DNA of 64,000 nucleotides, from positions 192,741 to 256,740 of the forward strand of contig JBBTQS010000001.1 in the NCBI GenBank assembly GCA_038065555.1. Reading direction: 5' to 3'. The translations under genes and the position numbers were made by a program. Origin of the DNA: Patescibacteria group bacterium (GTDB lineage: Bacteria > Patescibacteriota > Patescibacteriia > Magasanikbacterales > JBBTQS01). Of this stretch, positions 50,959 to 62,479 are shown in pieces. The notes beneath the pieces are model-generated. The model did not search any database, was not told the origin of the DNA, and was given only the letters and a program-made list of their open reading frames with translations. Each line of letters begins with the position of its first letter. Position 1 is the stretch's first letter.

Positions 50959-52200
50959 ATGCCTAGAACCATTGCGATCATCGGTGCAGGCGCTGCAGGC
51001 ATGATGGCTGCAGCAACGATTCTCGAATCACATCCCGACCATGTGATTCATTTGTTCGACAAAAATCCGTCACTCGGGCGCAAAGTTGTCATCAGCGGCG
51101 GCGGTCGCTGCAATGTGACCACAGGAATCACCGACCGCAAAGTGCTCATGACCAAATACACGCGCGGTGCGCAATTCTTGTCGCACGCACTCACCGCATT
51201 CACTCCAGCGCGCGTTCGTTCTTGGTTCGAACAGCACGGCGTACCGCTCAAATGCGAAGAGGATCTGCGCGTGTTCCCCGTGTCAGATGATGGCAACGAT
51301 GTAGTGCGTGCATTTGAACGTGTTTTTCGCGCGCATGATGTGCGTACGCATTTGCGCGACAGCGTCACCACTCTCACCCATGATGGAGCGAACTTCGTCG
51401 TCACCGCATCATCAGGAATCTACTCCTGCGATGCCGTCATCGTCACCACAGGCGGCAACGCATATCGCCATACTGGTTCTACTGGAGACGGCTATGATTT
51501 CGCACGCGCATTTGGCCACACCATCACACCACTTGGTCCATCACTCAACAGCTTTGAGACGGCGCAGTCATGGTGCAAGGAATTATCAGGACTGAGTATG
51601 CCTGATGCGCAGTGGAGCGTGACAGTAGATGGCACCAAGCATCGCGTACATGGTCCCATGCTCTTCACACACTTCGGCGTCAGCGGTCCTAGCACGTTCG
51701 CACTCTCGTCACGCATTGCATTTGCGCCTATCAGCAAGCAACAACCACTCACTGTTGCATGGAGTCCCATTGCAGATCGCGATTTCCAATCCTGGGACGA
51801 GCAATTCTTGAGCGCCACACAAGAGAACGGTCGCAAGCACGTGCTCACATTCCTTGCACAAACACTCCCGCGCAGACTCGCAAGTACACTCCTCACACTC
51901 GCAGCTATCCACGAGGACACCACACTCGCCAATCTCACAAAAGAACTTCGCAAACGTCTCATACATCTCCTATCCGGCGAACTCTCTCTGACATTTTTGT
52001 CGCGCCGCGCTGGTGATGAATTTGTCACCGCTGGTGGAGTAGTGCTCGATGAAGTCGACCCTACAACAATGCAATCACGTCTTCGACCAGGGCTCTTCTT
52101 CGCAGGTGAGGTACTCGATGTTGACGGAGTCACCGGTGGATTCAACCTCCAAGCATCCTGGGCCACCGGACGCCTCGCAGGCACGCACGCTGCACAATAA
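50959..52200 (+). CDS. HI0933/BaiN family FAD-dependent oxidoreductase
   Basis: IGAGAAG, GRKVVISGGGRCNVT, GGFNLQASWATG. Confidence 0.93.
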   Translation: MPRTIAIIGAGAAGMMAAATILESHPDHVIHLFDKNPSLGRKVVISGGGRCNVTTGITDRKVLMTKYTRGAQFLSHALTAFTPARVRSWFEQHGVPLKCEEDLRVFPVSDDGNDVVRAFERVFRAHDVRTHLRDSVTTLTHDGANFVVTASSGIYSCDAVIVTTGGNAYRHTGSTGDGYDFARAFGHTITPLGPSLNSFETAQSWCKELSGLSMPDAQWSVTVDGTKHRVHGPMLFTHFGVSGPSTFALSSRIAFAPISKQQPLTVAWSPIADRDFQSWDEQFLSATQENGRKHVLTFLAQTLPRRLASTLLTLAAIHEDTTLANLTKELRKRLIHLLSGELSLTFLSRRAGDEFVTAGGVVLDEVDPTTMQSRLRPGLFFAGEVLDVDGVTGGFNLQASWATGRLAGTHAAQ

Positions 52201-52278
52201 ATAAAAGCGCTGCTCCACTGTTGCGTTGCAACAATAGAACAGCGCAGTTGCGGCACACGTCTCGTGCCGCAGTCTCTC

Positions 52279-53019
52279 TCAGACACTGAGCCACGTCACG
52301 AGCTCTGCTCCGAGTAACCGATCGTTGAGCGCTTCGACGCCCTGACTCACGAGCACCTTGAGCTCATGCAGATCGATGATCACGAGCCCGGTGTTGTCGA
52401 ACTCCTTCGCGATCTGATGAAGGAACTCGAATGCCTCCTTACCACGACGCACCGCGATGAAGAGGAAGTAGATCTGCTCACCTCGTTGTTGTGCATCTCG
52501 AAGCGTCATACGCGTTGCAACCTTGTCGTTGTTGACCCCGTCGGTGACAACAAGCGCCAGAGCCGGATACTTGGGTGGTGCGATCGTCAGAAAATGCTCA
52601 CACAGCTTCGGCCCGTTCCACTGCTTTGGTTCAGGGACCTGACCGAAGATCTTGCGAAGATGAGACAGGACTGGTGCGAAGTCTGTCCCTCCTCCATACC
52701 CTTGGCAGTTGATGATGTGCCTTTTGACGTAACCATCGCTACTGGCCACGGTGAGCGGGTGCGTTTTGTGATGCACCATGTTGCGTTCTTCGTTGCTGAA
52801 TGTGCACACGTCCATCTTGTGATCTGGATCGAACACCTCGCCCCACGGAACCAGCGCGTCCACGAGGAGTTGCGTTGTTCCATCCTGATGTTCGTCCATG
52901 TAGCTGCGGGAGACATCGAGCGCGAACCCAATCTCCATCGGCTTGATCTTCTTCACTCCTTTTTTGATCAGCGAGAGCTGCAGCTTCTGGCCTGCCTCAG
53001 ACAATTGTTGCATCGTCAT
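52279..53019 (-). CDS. vWA domain protein (TerF-associated vWA-like)
   Basis: MIDAS DVSRS...GGGT...TDG; SD AGGAGGTG; promoter TTGACA-17-TATATT at 53073-53101. Confidence 0.8.
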   Translation of the reverse strand: MTMQQLSEAGQKLQLSLIKKGVKKIKPMEIGFALDVSRSYMDEHQDGTTQLLVDALVPWGEVFDPDHKMDVCTFSNEERNMVHHKTHPLTVASSDGYVKRHIINCQGYGGGTDFAPVLSHLRKIFGQVPEPKQWNGPKLCEHFLTIAPPKYPALALVVTDGVNNDKVATRMTLRDAQQRGEQIYFLFIAVRRGKEAFEFLHQIAKEFDNTGLVIIDLHELKVLVSQGVEALNDRLLGAELVTWLSV

Positions 53020-53166
53020 GATCACCTCCTTGCGCTTCGCGCATGCTCGTGCACACGTATGTGCAACGATAGAATATACACGACGTATCTCTGTGTGTCA
53101 ATAAGAAAACGCCGCTCCCACAGATGTGTAGAGCGGCGTCATGATCGCATCGCGTTCGCGAATTGA

Positions 53167-53667
53167 TCAGGCAGCCAGCGCCGTTGGCGGCTGGCTCAGT
53201 GCAGTCTCGTCCCTGATGAATGCGGACGGGCGAAGCACCACGATGTTGACGACGAGAGGAGCCTCACCCAGCGACCCAACAATGCTGACGTTGTCGAAGT
53301 GAACACCATCTGCATTGATCCTTGCGCGCTTGAAGTGCTGTTCCGTAATTGCTTCATCACAGATCAGCCGCATCGCATGTCTGATGCTGAGCTCGATGCT
53401 CTTCACACCAGGGCGGAGGGTAGTGGCCTTACGCACCTCTTTTCCAGTCTCAGGGAGATGGCGTGGCTCCAGACTTTCGAAGCCTGTCATTCCCACTGGT
53501 TTACGCACCTCCCACTCTGGGAAGCCACGCCGAACCCTGTGCCAGATCACCCATCCGAAAAGGTGAATCTCGATCACTTCTCGATACTCACCCCACCCAG
53601 CAACAGGAGGTTTCGGAATTTCCTCGCGCTTCTCCCGTTTCTCATCACGACGCATCAGTTCCCCCAT
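53167..53667 (-). CDS. hypothetical protein
   Basis: Own promoter (TTGACG-18-TAGTCT, 53708-53737) and terminator hairpin near 53105-53140. Confidence 0.65.
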   Translation of the reverse strand: MGELMRRDEKREKREEIPKPPVAGWGEYREVIEIHLFGWVIWHRVRRGFPEWEVRKPVGMTGFESLEPRHLPETGKEVRKATTLRPGVKSIELSIRHAMRLICDEAITEQHFKRARINADGVHFDNVSIVGSLGEAPLVVNIVVLRPSAFIRDETALSQPPTALAA

Positions 53668-53739
53668 GGTGTGGTGTCACGACTGCGCACCACTGTCGTT
53701 CCCTGCCAGACTACACCGTCGAACTGTCCAGCGTCAACA

Positions 53740-54219
53740 TTACACTTTGGGCTTGCGAGCGACGTATCCGCGATCCGATCGCTGGAACTCCGAGATGATC
53801 CGCACTGGCAGCGGAATCACGTTGCCCGACAGCAGGAAATCGATCTGATCGATCACGACGTCGTTGCCCACGTCACGCGCCGTCTCGAACGTCGCCTGCG
53901 TGATGAAGTTGCGTGGCACCCCTTCGGCGATCATGCGCAGCGCCTCGAGAGGCGACAGCACAACGTGCGCGATGAGGCTAATGTCCCAGTCATGCTCCTG
54001 CAGGAACGGGGCAAGGATGTGGTAGTCCACATCCTGCACGAACTTGCGGTCGACCACCGTGATGAGGCGTGGGTCGTACACCCAACTACCGACTTCGGGG
54101 TCCGTGAGCTCGAGGTACGGGCCCGGGAACATCCCCTCACGCACGTCCACGATCTTGCCGCTGCGGTCGAAGACCTGCCACTCTTTGTCACTCACCCACT
54201 TGAAGTTGTTCGATGGCAT
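53740..54219 (-). CDS. hypothetical protein
   Basis: SD GGAGG before MPSNNF; promoter TTGACA-17-TACACT at 54267-54295. Confidence 0.7.
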   Translation of the reverse strand: MPSNNFKWVSDKEWQVFDRSGKIVDVREGMFPGPYLELTDPEVGSWVYDPRLITVVDRKFVQDVDYHILAPFLQEHDWDISLIAHVVLSPLEALRMIAEGVPRNFITQATFETARDVGNDVVIDQIDFLLSGNVIPLPVRIISEFQRSDRGYVARKPKV

Positions 54220-54340
54220 GATGCCCTCCGATTGTGTTCTGCAACGCACTTCGCGTGCAGGGAATGAGTGTAAGCACATTTGGTGGTTTTGTCAAGTTGA
54301 GGAATACAAAACACGCCCCGTATTGGGCGTGTTCGTGCTG

Positions 54341-54427
54341 CGGAGGATGAGGGATTCGAACCCTCGATGACCTTTCGGTCAAACCAACTTTCCAGGCTGG
54401 CGCCATAGACCACTAGGCGAATCCTCC
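54341..54427 (-). tRNA. tRNA-Ser(GGA)
   Basis: GGAGGAT acceptor stem, CTGGAAA anticodon loop, long variable arm, GGTTCGAAT. Confidence 0.96.
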
Positions 54428-54434
54428 AGCGTTG

Positions 54435-55217
54435 CTACTTTTTGCGAACTTGGGTTCCTTTCTTATACCAGAAGACCCCGACCAACACAAGAGCTGCGAT
54501 CGTTCCATATTGTGCAGGCGTGAGCCCTGCATACCGCACATCAGCTCCAGCAATATCAGTCGCCCGCAGGAAGTCCAAGAAGAACCTCGCTACCGCGTAC
54601 ACTGCGACCACAACCAGCATATGCCACCCACGCAGCCATCCCTGTGCGCGCAGGAACACGACGATCACTGCGATGCCCGCAGCAACAATCGCATCATAGA
54701 GTCCTAGGTCGTGCCTGCCCCACCCAGCGTCACCCCAATCCCCAGGTTCGCGCACGGCAAGTGCAAAATGCGTCAGCGTTCCTGGATGATCATGGATGAG
54801 AAAACATCCAATGCGTCCAACCATCCAACCCAGTGGCAACGCCAGGGCTCCTGCTTCGGCAAATGCATGCACATCCACGCGCGCTCTGCGCAATCTCCAT
54901 ATCCCGTAGCCCGCAGCTACAACAAATCCACCAAGGGACGACATGCCACCATGCCACACACGCAACACTTCAAGTGGATCAACGAGATACTGCGCAGGCT
55001 CATAGAACAATACATGTCCTAATCGTGCACCGACAAACCCTGCGATAATGATCGCAATTGCATGATCCACCCATGATGACGCATCTTTGCCCAGACGCTT
55101 TGCATCCCACCGTAATACGAGAAGTGACACAACGACACCCAGTGCAACGAGCAGTCCCCACACATGCAACGTCAGTGGCCCCAACGCAATCGTGTGCCAC
55201 GCAAAGTACGGAATCAT
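54435..55217 (-). CDS. lgt: prolipoprotein diacylglyceryl transferase
   Basis: GARLGHVLFY, WHGGMSSLGG, GRIGCF, RFFLDFLR. Confidence 0.92.
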   Translation of the reverse strand: MIPYFAWHTIALGPLTLHVWGLLVALGVVVSLLVLRWDAKRLGKDASSWVDHAIAIIIAGFVGARLGHVLFYEPAQYLVDPLEVLRVWHGGMSSLGGFVVAAGYGIWRLRRARVDVHAFAEAGALALPLGWMVGRIGCFLIHDHPGTLTHFALAVREPGDWGDAGWGRHDLGLYDAIVAAGIAVIVVFLRAQGWLRGWHMLVVVAVYAVARFFLDFLRATDIAGADVRYAGLTPAQYGTIAALVLVGVFWYKKGTQVRKK

Positions 55218-56605
55218 ACCTTCTTCGTCTTTGGTTTTTTCACTGTCTTTTTTGCAAGTGCAGCAAACACTTCTTCTACCGTGTCTACGACAGTAATCAA
55301 CTTGAGATCAGACACAGAAATCGTCTGGAATTTCTCTGCGAGCACATCGCGCATGAACGCCACCATTGGACCCCAATATGCCGTGTCATAGAGAATAATA
55401 GGAACGCGCGCCATTTTGTTGTTCTGTTGCAACGTGAGGAGCTCGAACAACTCATGCAGCGTTCCAAGCGCACCAGGGAAGAAAACAAATGCTTGACTAG
55501 GCGCCGTCAGAATCACCTTGCGAGTAAATGGGAATTCGAAGCTCACACTCTTGTGAATATACTGATTCACACGCTCCTCGCCGTTGAATTTGATTGTGAT
55601 CCCCACAGGATTACCACCCACATCTCGAGAACCCTTGCTCACTGCTTCCATGACTCCCATCCCTCCCGTGCTCACCACTGTATATTTTTTGGACGACAAC
55701 TCCCGACCGAGATGATACGCAGCTTCGTAGTACGGAGATGCGGTAGACACTTCCCCACTTCCGAGCACTGTTACATCATTGGAGAGTGTGGTGAGGAACT
55801 CGAACCCGTCCACAAGTTCTGCCATGATCCGGAAAATGCGCCAGTTAATATTGCTCCCGCAATCAAAGAGGTTGTGTGACAGCTCGCAAAGCGGCGCACT
55901 TACATTCTGCTTCTTGATAATCTCAATCGCTTCCTTTGCACTATCCACTACTTGCAGCTGTGCCAGAATCTTGGGCGTTATTGCATGGATCTTGCCCTTC
56001 GCTTGTTGCGTAAGAAACCGAACAATTGGTTCCCAATACTCACGACCAATGAGAATCAGCGGTGCAGCTGGCATCTTGCCAATGTTCATGTTGTCATACG
56101 CCTCGAACAACTCATCGAGCGTACCGAACCCTCCCGGGAAATACACAAATGCGCGTGACGGTGCTGTGAGCATCACCTTGCGCGTGAAGAAATAATGAAA
56201 CGCCGTGGACTTGCCCACGTACGGATTGATGCGCTGCTCGTGCGGCAACTCAATGTTGAGTCCCACTGATTCACCACGGGCCTCTTTTGCTCCGCGATTG
56301 GCAGCTTCCATAATACCGGGACCACCACCTGTCACCGTTACAAATTTGTTCTTGGCAAGGAGCTTGCCCAGCTCTCGTGCTTCACGATACCAGCGATGAT
56401 GTGGATCGTGGAGTCGTGCAGAACCAAGTACTGTGACCGCACGATCAAACGAGTTCAAGAACTGATACCCTTCAATGAACTCGGACATGATACGGAATAT
56501 CCGCCACGTATCTCGGTATTGCGAGAAGGGATGCTGATACGCAAAAGACAACGCATCTTGTGGCGGTGGCAACGGCGGGAGGGAAGGAGCTGATTTGCGG
56601 GGCAT
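55214..56605 (-). CDS. LOG family (TIGR00730) protein with two tandem domains
   Basis: TGGGPGIMEA/PGGFGTLDE and TGGMGVMEA/PGALGTLHE. Confidence 0.9.
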   Translation of the reverse strand: MPRKSAPSLPPLPPPQDALSFAYQHPFSQYRDTWRIFRIMSEFIEGYQFLNSFDRAVTVLGSARLHDPHHRWYREARELGKLLAKNKFVTVTGGGPGIMEAANRGAKEARGESVGLNIELPHEQRINPYVGKSTAFHYFFTRKVMLTAPSRAFVYFPGGFGTLDELFEAYDNMNIGKMPAAPLILIGREYWEPIVRFLTQQAKGKIHAITPKILAQLQVVDSAKEAIEIIKKQNVSAPLCELSHNLFDCGSNINWRIFRIMAELVDGFEFLTTLSNDVTVLGSGEVSTASPYYEAAYHLGRELSSKKYTVVSTGGMGVMEAVSKGSRDVGGNPVGITIKFNGEERVNQYIHKSVSFEFPFTRKVILTAPSQAFVFFPGALGTLHELFELLTLQQNNKMARVPIILYDTAYWGPMVAFMRDVLAEKFQTISVSDLKLITVVDTVEEVFAALAKKTVKKPKTKKV

Positions 56606-56611
56606 AAGAAC

Positions 56612-58054
56612 TTAGTCGAGATTCGGAACACGCGTGTGCCAATCAGTCACGCGCTGATACTGATGGCCCAATTGTAATACTCGCGACTCTGCCATACGCG
56701 GCCCAATGAGCTGCATACCAATAGGCAACCCATCACGATCGAATCCGCAAGGAACCGACAGCGCAGGAACACCAGCCAACGACGAAGGAGCAACAAAAAT
56801 ATCTGCGAGATAGAGCTGGAGCGGATCTGCAGCCTTCTCTCCAATCTTGAAAGCCGTAATCGGTGCCGTTGGTGTGAGAATCATGTCTACAGATTTCCAC
56901 GCGTGCGTGAAGTCTTCGATAATGCGTGTGCGCACTTGTTGCGCCTTGCGATAGTACGCTTCGTAATGTCCCGCAGATAAAGCATAGGTTCCAATCATGA
57001 TGCGACGCTTCACCTCATCCGGGAATCCTGCGTTACGCGCGCTAATATAGGTATCATTGAGCGATCCAGTTCCACGTGTGCCATAACGCATCCCATCGAG
57101 TCTCGCGAGGTTGCTGCTATCTTCACATGGCACCAACACATAGTACGTCGCGATGGCGTAGTTGGTATGCGGCAACGAAATTTCGTGCACTGTACAGCCG
57201 AGTTGCTCCATTTCTTTGATCGCACCTTGCACCGCTGCTGCAACATCAGGCGCAATACCATCACCGAAGTACTCCTTCGGAATACCAATACGCATTCCAG
57301 CAACAGGTCCATCGAGTTCCTTCGCATACGCAGGAACAACATCAGGCACAGATGTTGCATCGTGTGGATCCAGTCCCGCCATTGTCTCCATGAGAATCGC
57401 GATATCCTCAACCGTGTGCGCCATCGGCCCAACTACATCGAGCGATGACGCCATCGGCATAATGCCGTAGCGCGAATTGCGACCATAGCTTGGACGAAAT
57501 CCGACAATGCCGCTGAGCGACGCTGGATAGCGAATCGATCCACCCGTGTCCTCTGCAATCGCGTAGACGCACAAATCCGCAGCAACTGCTGCTGCAGAAC
57601 CACCAGAGCTTCCACCAGGAACGCGTGTGAGGTCCCACGGATTCTTCACAGGCCCAAAATGCGAATTTTCGTTACTTGCCCCGTGACCAAATCCATCGCA
57701 ATTATGTTTGCTCACTAGTACTCCATGACGCCCACGCAATCGCGCAATAACTGTGGCGTCATACGGAGCAACATATGAGTCGAGCATGTGCGCAGAACCA
57801 GTGCTCAGAATATCTCGCGTACAAATCGCATCTTTCACACCAAATGGTACACCGGTGAGCGGATGCGCATCCCCGCTAGCGATCGCCGCATCAGCCGCAC
57901 GCGCCATTGCAAGCGCCGCCTCATCAGCAACCGTAATATTTGCATTGAGTACTGGCCCGAGCTTCGCGTTACGCGCCAAATACTCTGTCGTGAGTTCGAC
58001 AGAGGAAATTTTTTTGTCCTGCAAGAGTTGGCTTACTTCTCGGATCGTTCGCAT
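56612..58054 (-). CDS. gatA: Asp/Glu-tRNA amidotransferase subunit A
   Basis: PGGSSGGS, DTGGSIR, EVKRRIMIGTYALSAG. Confidence 0.96.
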   Translation of the reverse strand: MRTIREVSQLLQDKKISSVELTTEYLARNAKLGPVLNANITVADEAALAMARAADAAIASGDAHPLTGVPFGVKDAICTRDILSTGSAHMLDSYVAPYDATVIARLRGRHGVLVSKHNCDGFGHGASNENSHFGPVKNPWDLTRVPGGSSGGSAAAVAADLCVYAIAEDTGGSIRYPASLSGIVGFRPSYGRNSRYGIMPMASSLDVVGPMAHTVEDIAILMETMAGLDPHDATSVPDVVPAYAKELDGPVAGMRIGIPKEYFGDGIAPDVAAAVQGAIKEMEQLGCTVHEISLPHTNYAIATYYVLVPCEDSSNLARLDGMRYGTRGTGSLNDTYISARNAGFPDEVKRRIMIGTYALSAGHYEAYYRKAQQVRTRIIEDFTHAWKSVDMILTPTAPITAFKIGEKAADPLQLYLADIFVAPSSLAGVPALSVPCGFDRDGLPIGMQLIGPRMAESRVLQLGHQYQRVTDWHTRVPNLD

Positions 58055-58056
58055 AC

Positions 58057-58347
58057 TTACAAAACAGGTGGCACAACAAGCGCATCTCCTGCACGCTCTG
58101 GGAAGAGCGCGATGAGTGCCGCACGCGTTGTTGCGTCGGTTTCTACAACTCGGTCGGGGCGCAAGACATCAGCAAGTCCGGAGACTTGGCCTGTTGGCTC
58201 AACCCCCTCAGTATCCACTTCATTGAGCACTTCCATATACGCAAAAACTCCCGCAAGCTGCTCGCGGTATTTCTCGACTTCTGCGTCCGTGAGCGACAAC
58301 CGCGCAAGCGCAGCGATCGAACGGATGTGATCAGGCGTCAATTCCAT
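58057..58347 (-). CDS. gatC: Asp/Glu-tRNA amidotransferase subunit C
   Basis: IAALARL...LNEVDTEGVEPT...LRPD...VPPVL. Confidence 0.93.
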   Translation of the reverse strand: MELTPDHIRSIAALARLSLTDAEVEKYREQLAGVFAYMEVLNEVDTEGVEPTGQVSGLADVLRPDRVVETDATTRAALIALFPERAGDALVVPPVL

Positions 58348-58413
58348 GGCTCCAGTGTAGCACAGGAATCCCGTTGACAAAAGAGCCAGAACGAAGAATT
58401 ATGCAGAGCAAAT

Positions 58414-60438
<2,025 letters not shown>

Positions 60439-60446
60439 TTAGCGCA

Positions 60447-60914
60447 TCACTGTACCGTGCCTGCTGGCGTAATGGTGACCACACCAGAGATCCCATTGAC
60501 CTCACCTTCGAGCTCTGCACGCACCGTATACGACGTGTATGGCTCCTTGGATTCATACTGATACTCACGCGTGCCTGTTGGCGCCATTGGAATGCGCATC
60601 TTGAGATCTTGATTAGTACACTGTGTCGCCTCCTTTGCAAATCCATCTTCGCCATCGTCACAAATATAGAGTACTTCACCAGAACCGATCGTAATCGGCG
60701 CATCGGCGTGTGGATATTCCTTCTTCTTATTGAAGTACAACTCCAGGCCCGCGTGCACTACCTGCAAATCTGCAAGTCGCGCCTTGTCGCGAGATGTTTC
60801 GCGCGCCATTCCGAGTGCAACCACTGCCAGAGTGCTCAGCACGCCGATAATTGCCACAACCACGAGCAGTTCAATCAATGTAAACCCTTGTTGATTTCGC
60901 ATACGCATATCCAT
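60447..60914 (-). CDS. type IV pilin / T2SS pseudopilin
   Basis: Prepilin cleavage site QGFTLIELLVVVAIIG. Confidence 0.92.
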   Translation of the reverse strand: MDMRMRNQQGFTLIELLVVVAIIGVLSTLAVVALGMARETSRDKARLADLQVVHAGLELYFNKKKEYPHADAPITIGSGEVLYICDDGEDGFAKEATQCTNQDLKMRIPMAPTGTREYQYESKEPYTSYTVRAELEGEVNGISGVVTITPAGTVQ

Positions 60915-61312
60915 TAAAGAAATTTTCGCAGAAATGACACGACGCCATCTGGCGTGCAGTGAGTAGTAATCATAATCGCATCCGCTCCCGCTGCGGTGAG
61001 CTCCTGCACGTCTGCTGGTGACGCACCTGGCGTTGTCACCACAGCAGCTGCACCATGAGACTTAATAGCAGCTATGGCTGTTGCAACATTGAGACTCATA
61101 TCAGCGACCACGAGTCGATACTGACGACGACTGAGCTGCTCGTGCATTCGCCGCACCGTAAGTACTGTATCAACCGTCACACCAAACACTTCAGTGAGTC
61201 GACGTTTGAACAATGCTGCAAGCATGGCGTCAGGCTCTACCAACAACACACGGCGAGATGCCGGTGGTTCTGCACTGACTGGAGCCTTGGAAATACGTGG
61301 TTGCCGGGGCAT
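60914..61312 (-). CDS. response regulator receiver-like protein (degenerate)
   Basis: VLLVEPD...LVVADM...AGADAIM fold; conserved Lys absent. Confidence 0.65.
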   Translation of the reverse strand: MPRQPRISKAPVSAEPPASRRVLLVEPDAMLAALFKRRLTEVFGVTVDTVLTVRRMHEQLSRRQYRLVVADMSLNVATAIAAIKSHGAAAVVTTPGASPADVQELTAAGADAIMITTHCTPDGVVSFLRKFL

Positions 61313-61321
61313 ACCACTCCA

Positions 61322-62422
61322 TTACAGCGCAAGCCGCAGCGCAAGTCCAGTTGCAACACTCATACGCGGACCAAAAGAGTCGAGCACTGGCTTGAGCGCA
61401 GACGGCGTGAGCACACGCGCCCACGGGTCCCCAATTGACGTCTTAATCGAGAAATGATCTTCCAACATCTCACTGAGCTGCGCCACACCACATGATCCAC
61501 CCGTGAGAATAATACGTTCTGGCTTGGCATTCTCGCGTTGTACTTGTTCGGAGAAAAGCAAGAATCCATACTGCATTTCTTTCACAATCGGCTGAACCGT
61601 TCGCTCGAGCAGTTCGCGCATCACGCGCTGTGTCTCAGGCGACGACGAATGACTCATATCTTTCTTGACCTGCTCTGCGTCTTCTTGACTGAGCGAGAGC
61701 ATATCCTGAATCACTGTTGTGAACGTGAGTCCACCGATCTCAATACTGCGTTGTGTACGTGGCACTCCGCGCTCCACCATGAAGAAATTTGTTCGCTTCG
61801 ATCCAATATCCACAATCATTGTTGTCGCAGGGTCAGTCCCAACAAGCGATCGAATGAGACCAAACGCCTCAGTCTCGAGACTCTCCAGCGCAATATTCGC
61901 TTGATAAAAAATCTTGCTATAGCGCTCAACAATCGACTTGAGTGTTGCAATCACAAGCACTTCACGAGATTTGGATTTCTTGCCCGGCGTTCCCTCGGCT
62001 GTCATATCTGCAATGCGCTCATCCATGAGACGCGTATCGAGCACAATATCCTTCGGATCGTATTGTAATAATTTGGTTGCCTGTGCTTGCGCTGCTGCAC
62101 GCATGGATTCTGGATCAGACTCGGCCACACGCACGACAACACTGAACACCTGTGACACAGGGAGACTCGCACTTGCGATTGTTGCACGCGCGCCGCACGC
62201 GTCATACACCTTGCGCAGACGCTGCGCATAGAGCGCAACCGAACGCGCTTCTTCCTCTGCAGTTCCTGCACGCTGATGCACGGCAGCATCAAAGACGTCG
62301 CCAATACCGTACGTAGCCAGTCGTGGTCGCGTCCCAGATTTGATGAGCTCAACCATCTTGACGCCGCGAGCGCCAATATCCACACCGAGCACGTTGGTAT
62401 TTGTTTTGGCAAAAAGTCCCAT
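61322..62422 (-). CDS. pilM: type IV pilus assembly protein PilM
   Basis: LGVDIG...VKMVEL, LETEAFGL, VDIGS, ILTGG, ATGLALR; start MGLFAK. Confidence 0.9.
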   Translation of the reverse strand: MGLFAKTNTNVLGVDIGARGVKMVELIKSGTRPRLATYGIGDVFDAAVHQRAGTAEEEARSVALYAQRLRKVYDACGARATIASASLPVSQVFSVVVRVAESDPESMRAAAQAQATKLLQYDPKDIVLDTRLMDERIADMTAEGTPGKKSKSREVLVIATLKSIVERYSKIFYQANIALESLETEAFGLIRSLVGTDPATTMIVDIGSKRTNFFMVERGVPRTQRSIEIGGLTFTTVIQDMLSLSQEDAEQVKKDMSHSSSPETQRVMRELLERTVQPIVKEMQYGFLLFSEQVQRENAKPERIILTGGSCGVAQLSEMLEDHFSIKTSIGDPWARVLTPSALKPVLDSFGPRMSVATGLALRLAL

Positions 62423-62479
62423 ACGCGAAAGAGTATACCACACTTTGCGCCTGCGCCGCGAGATGCTAGGATGGCGCAT

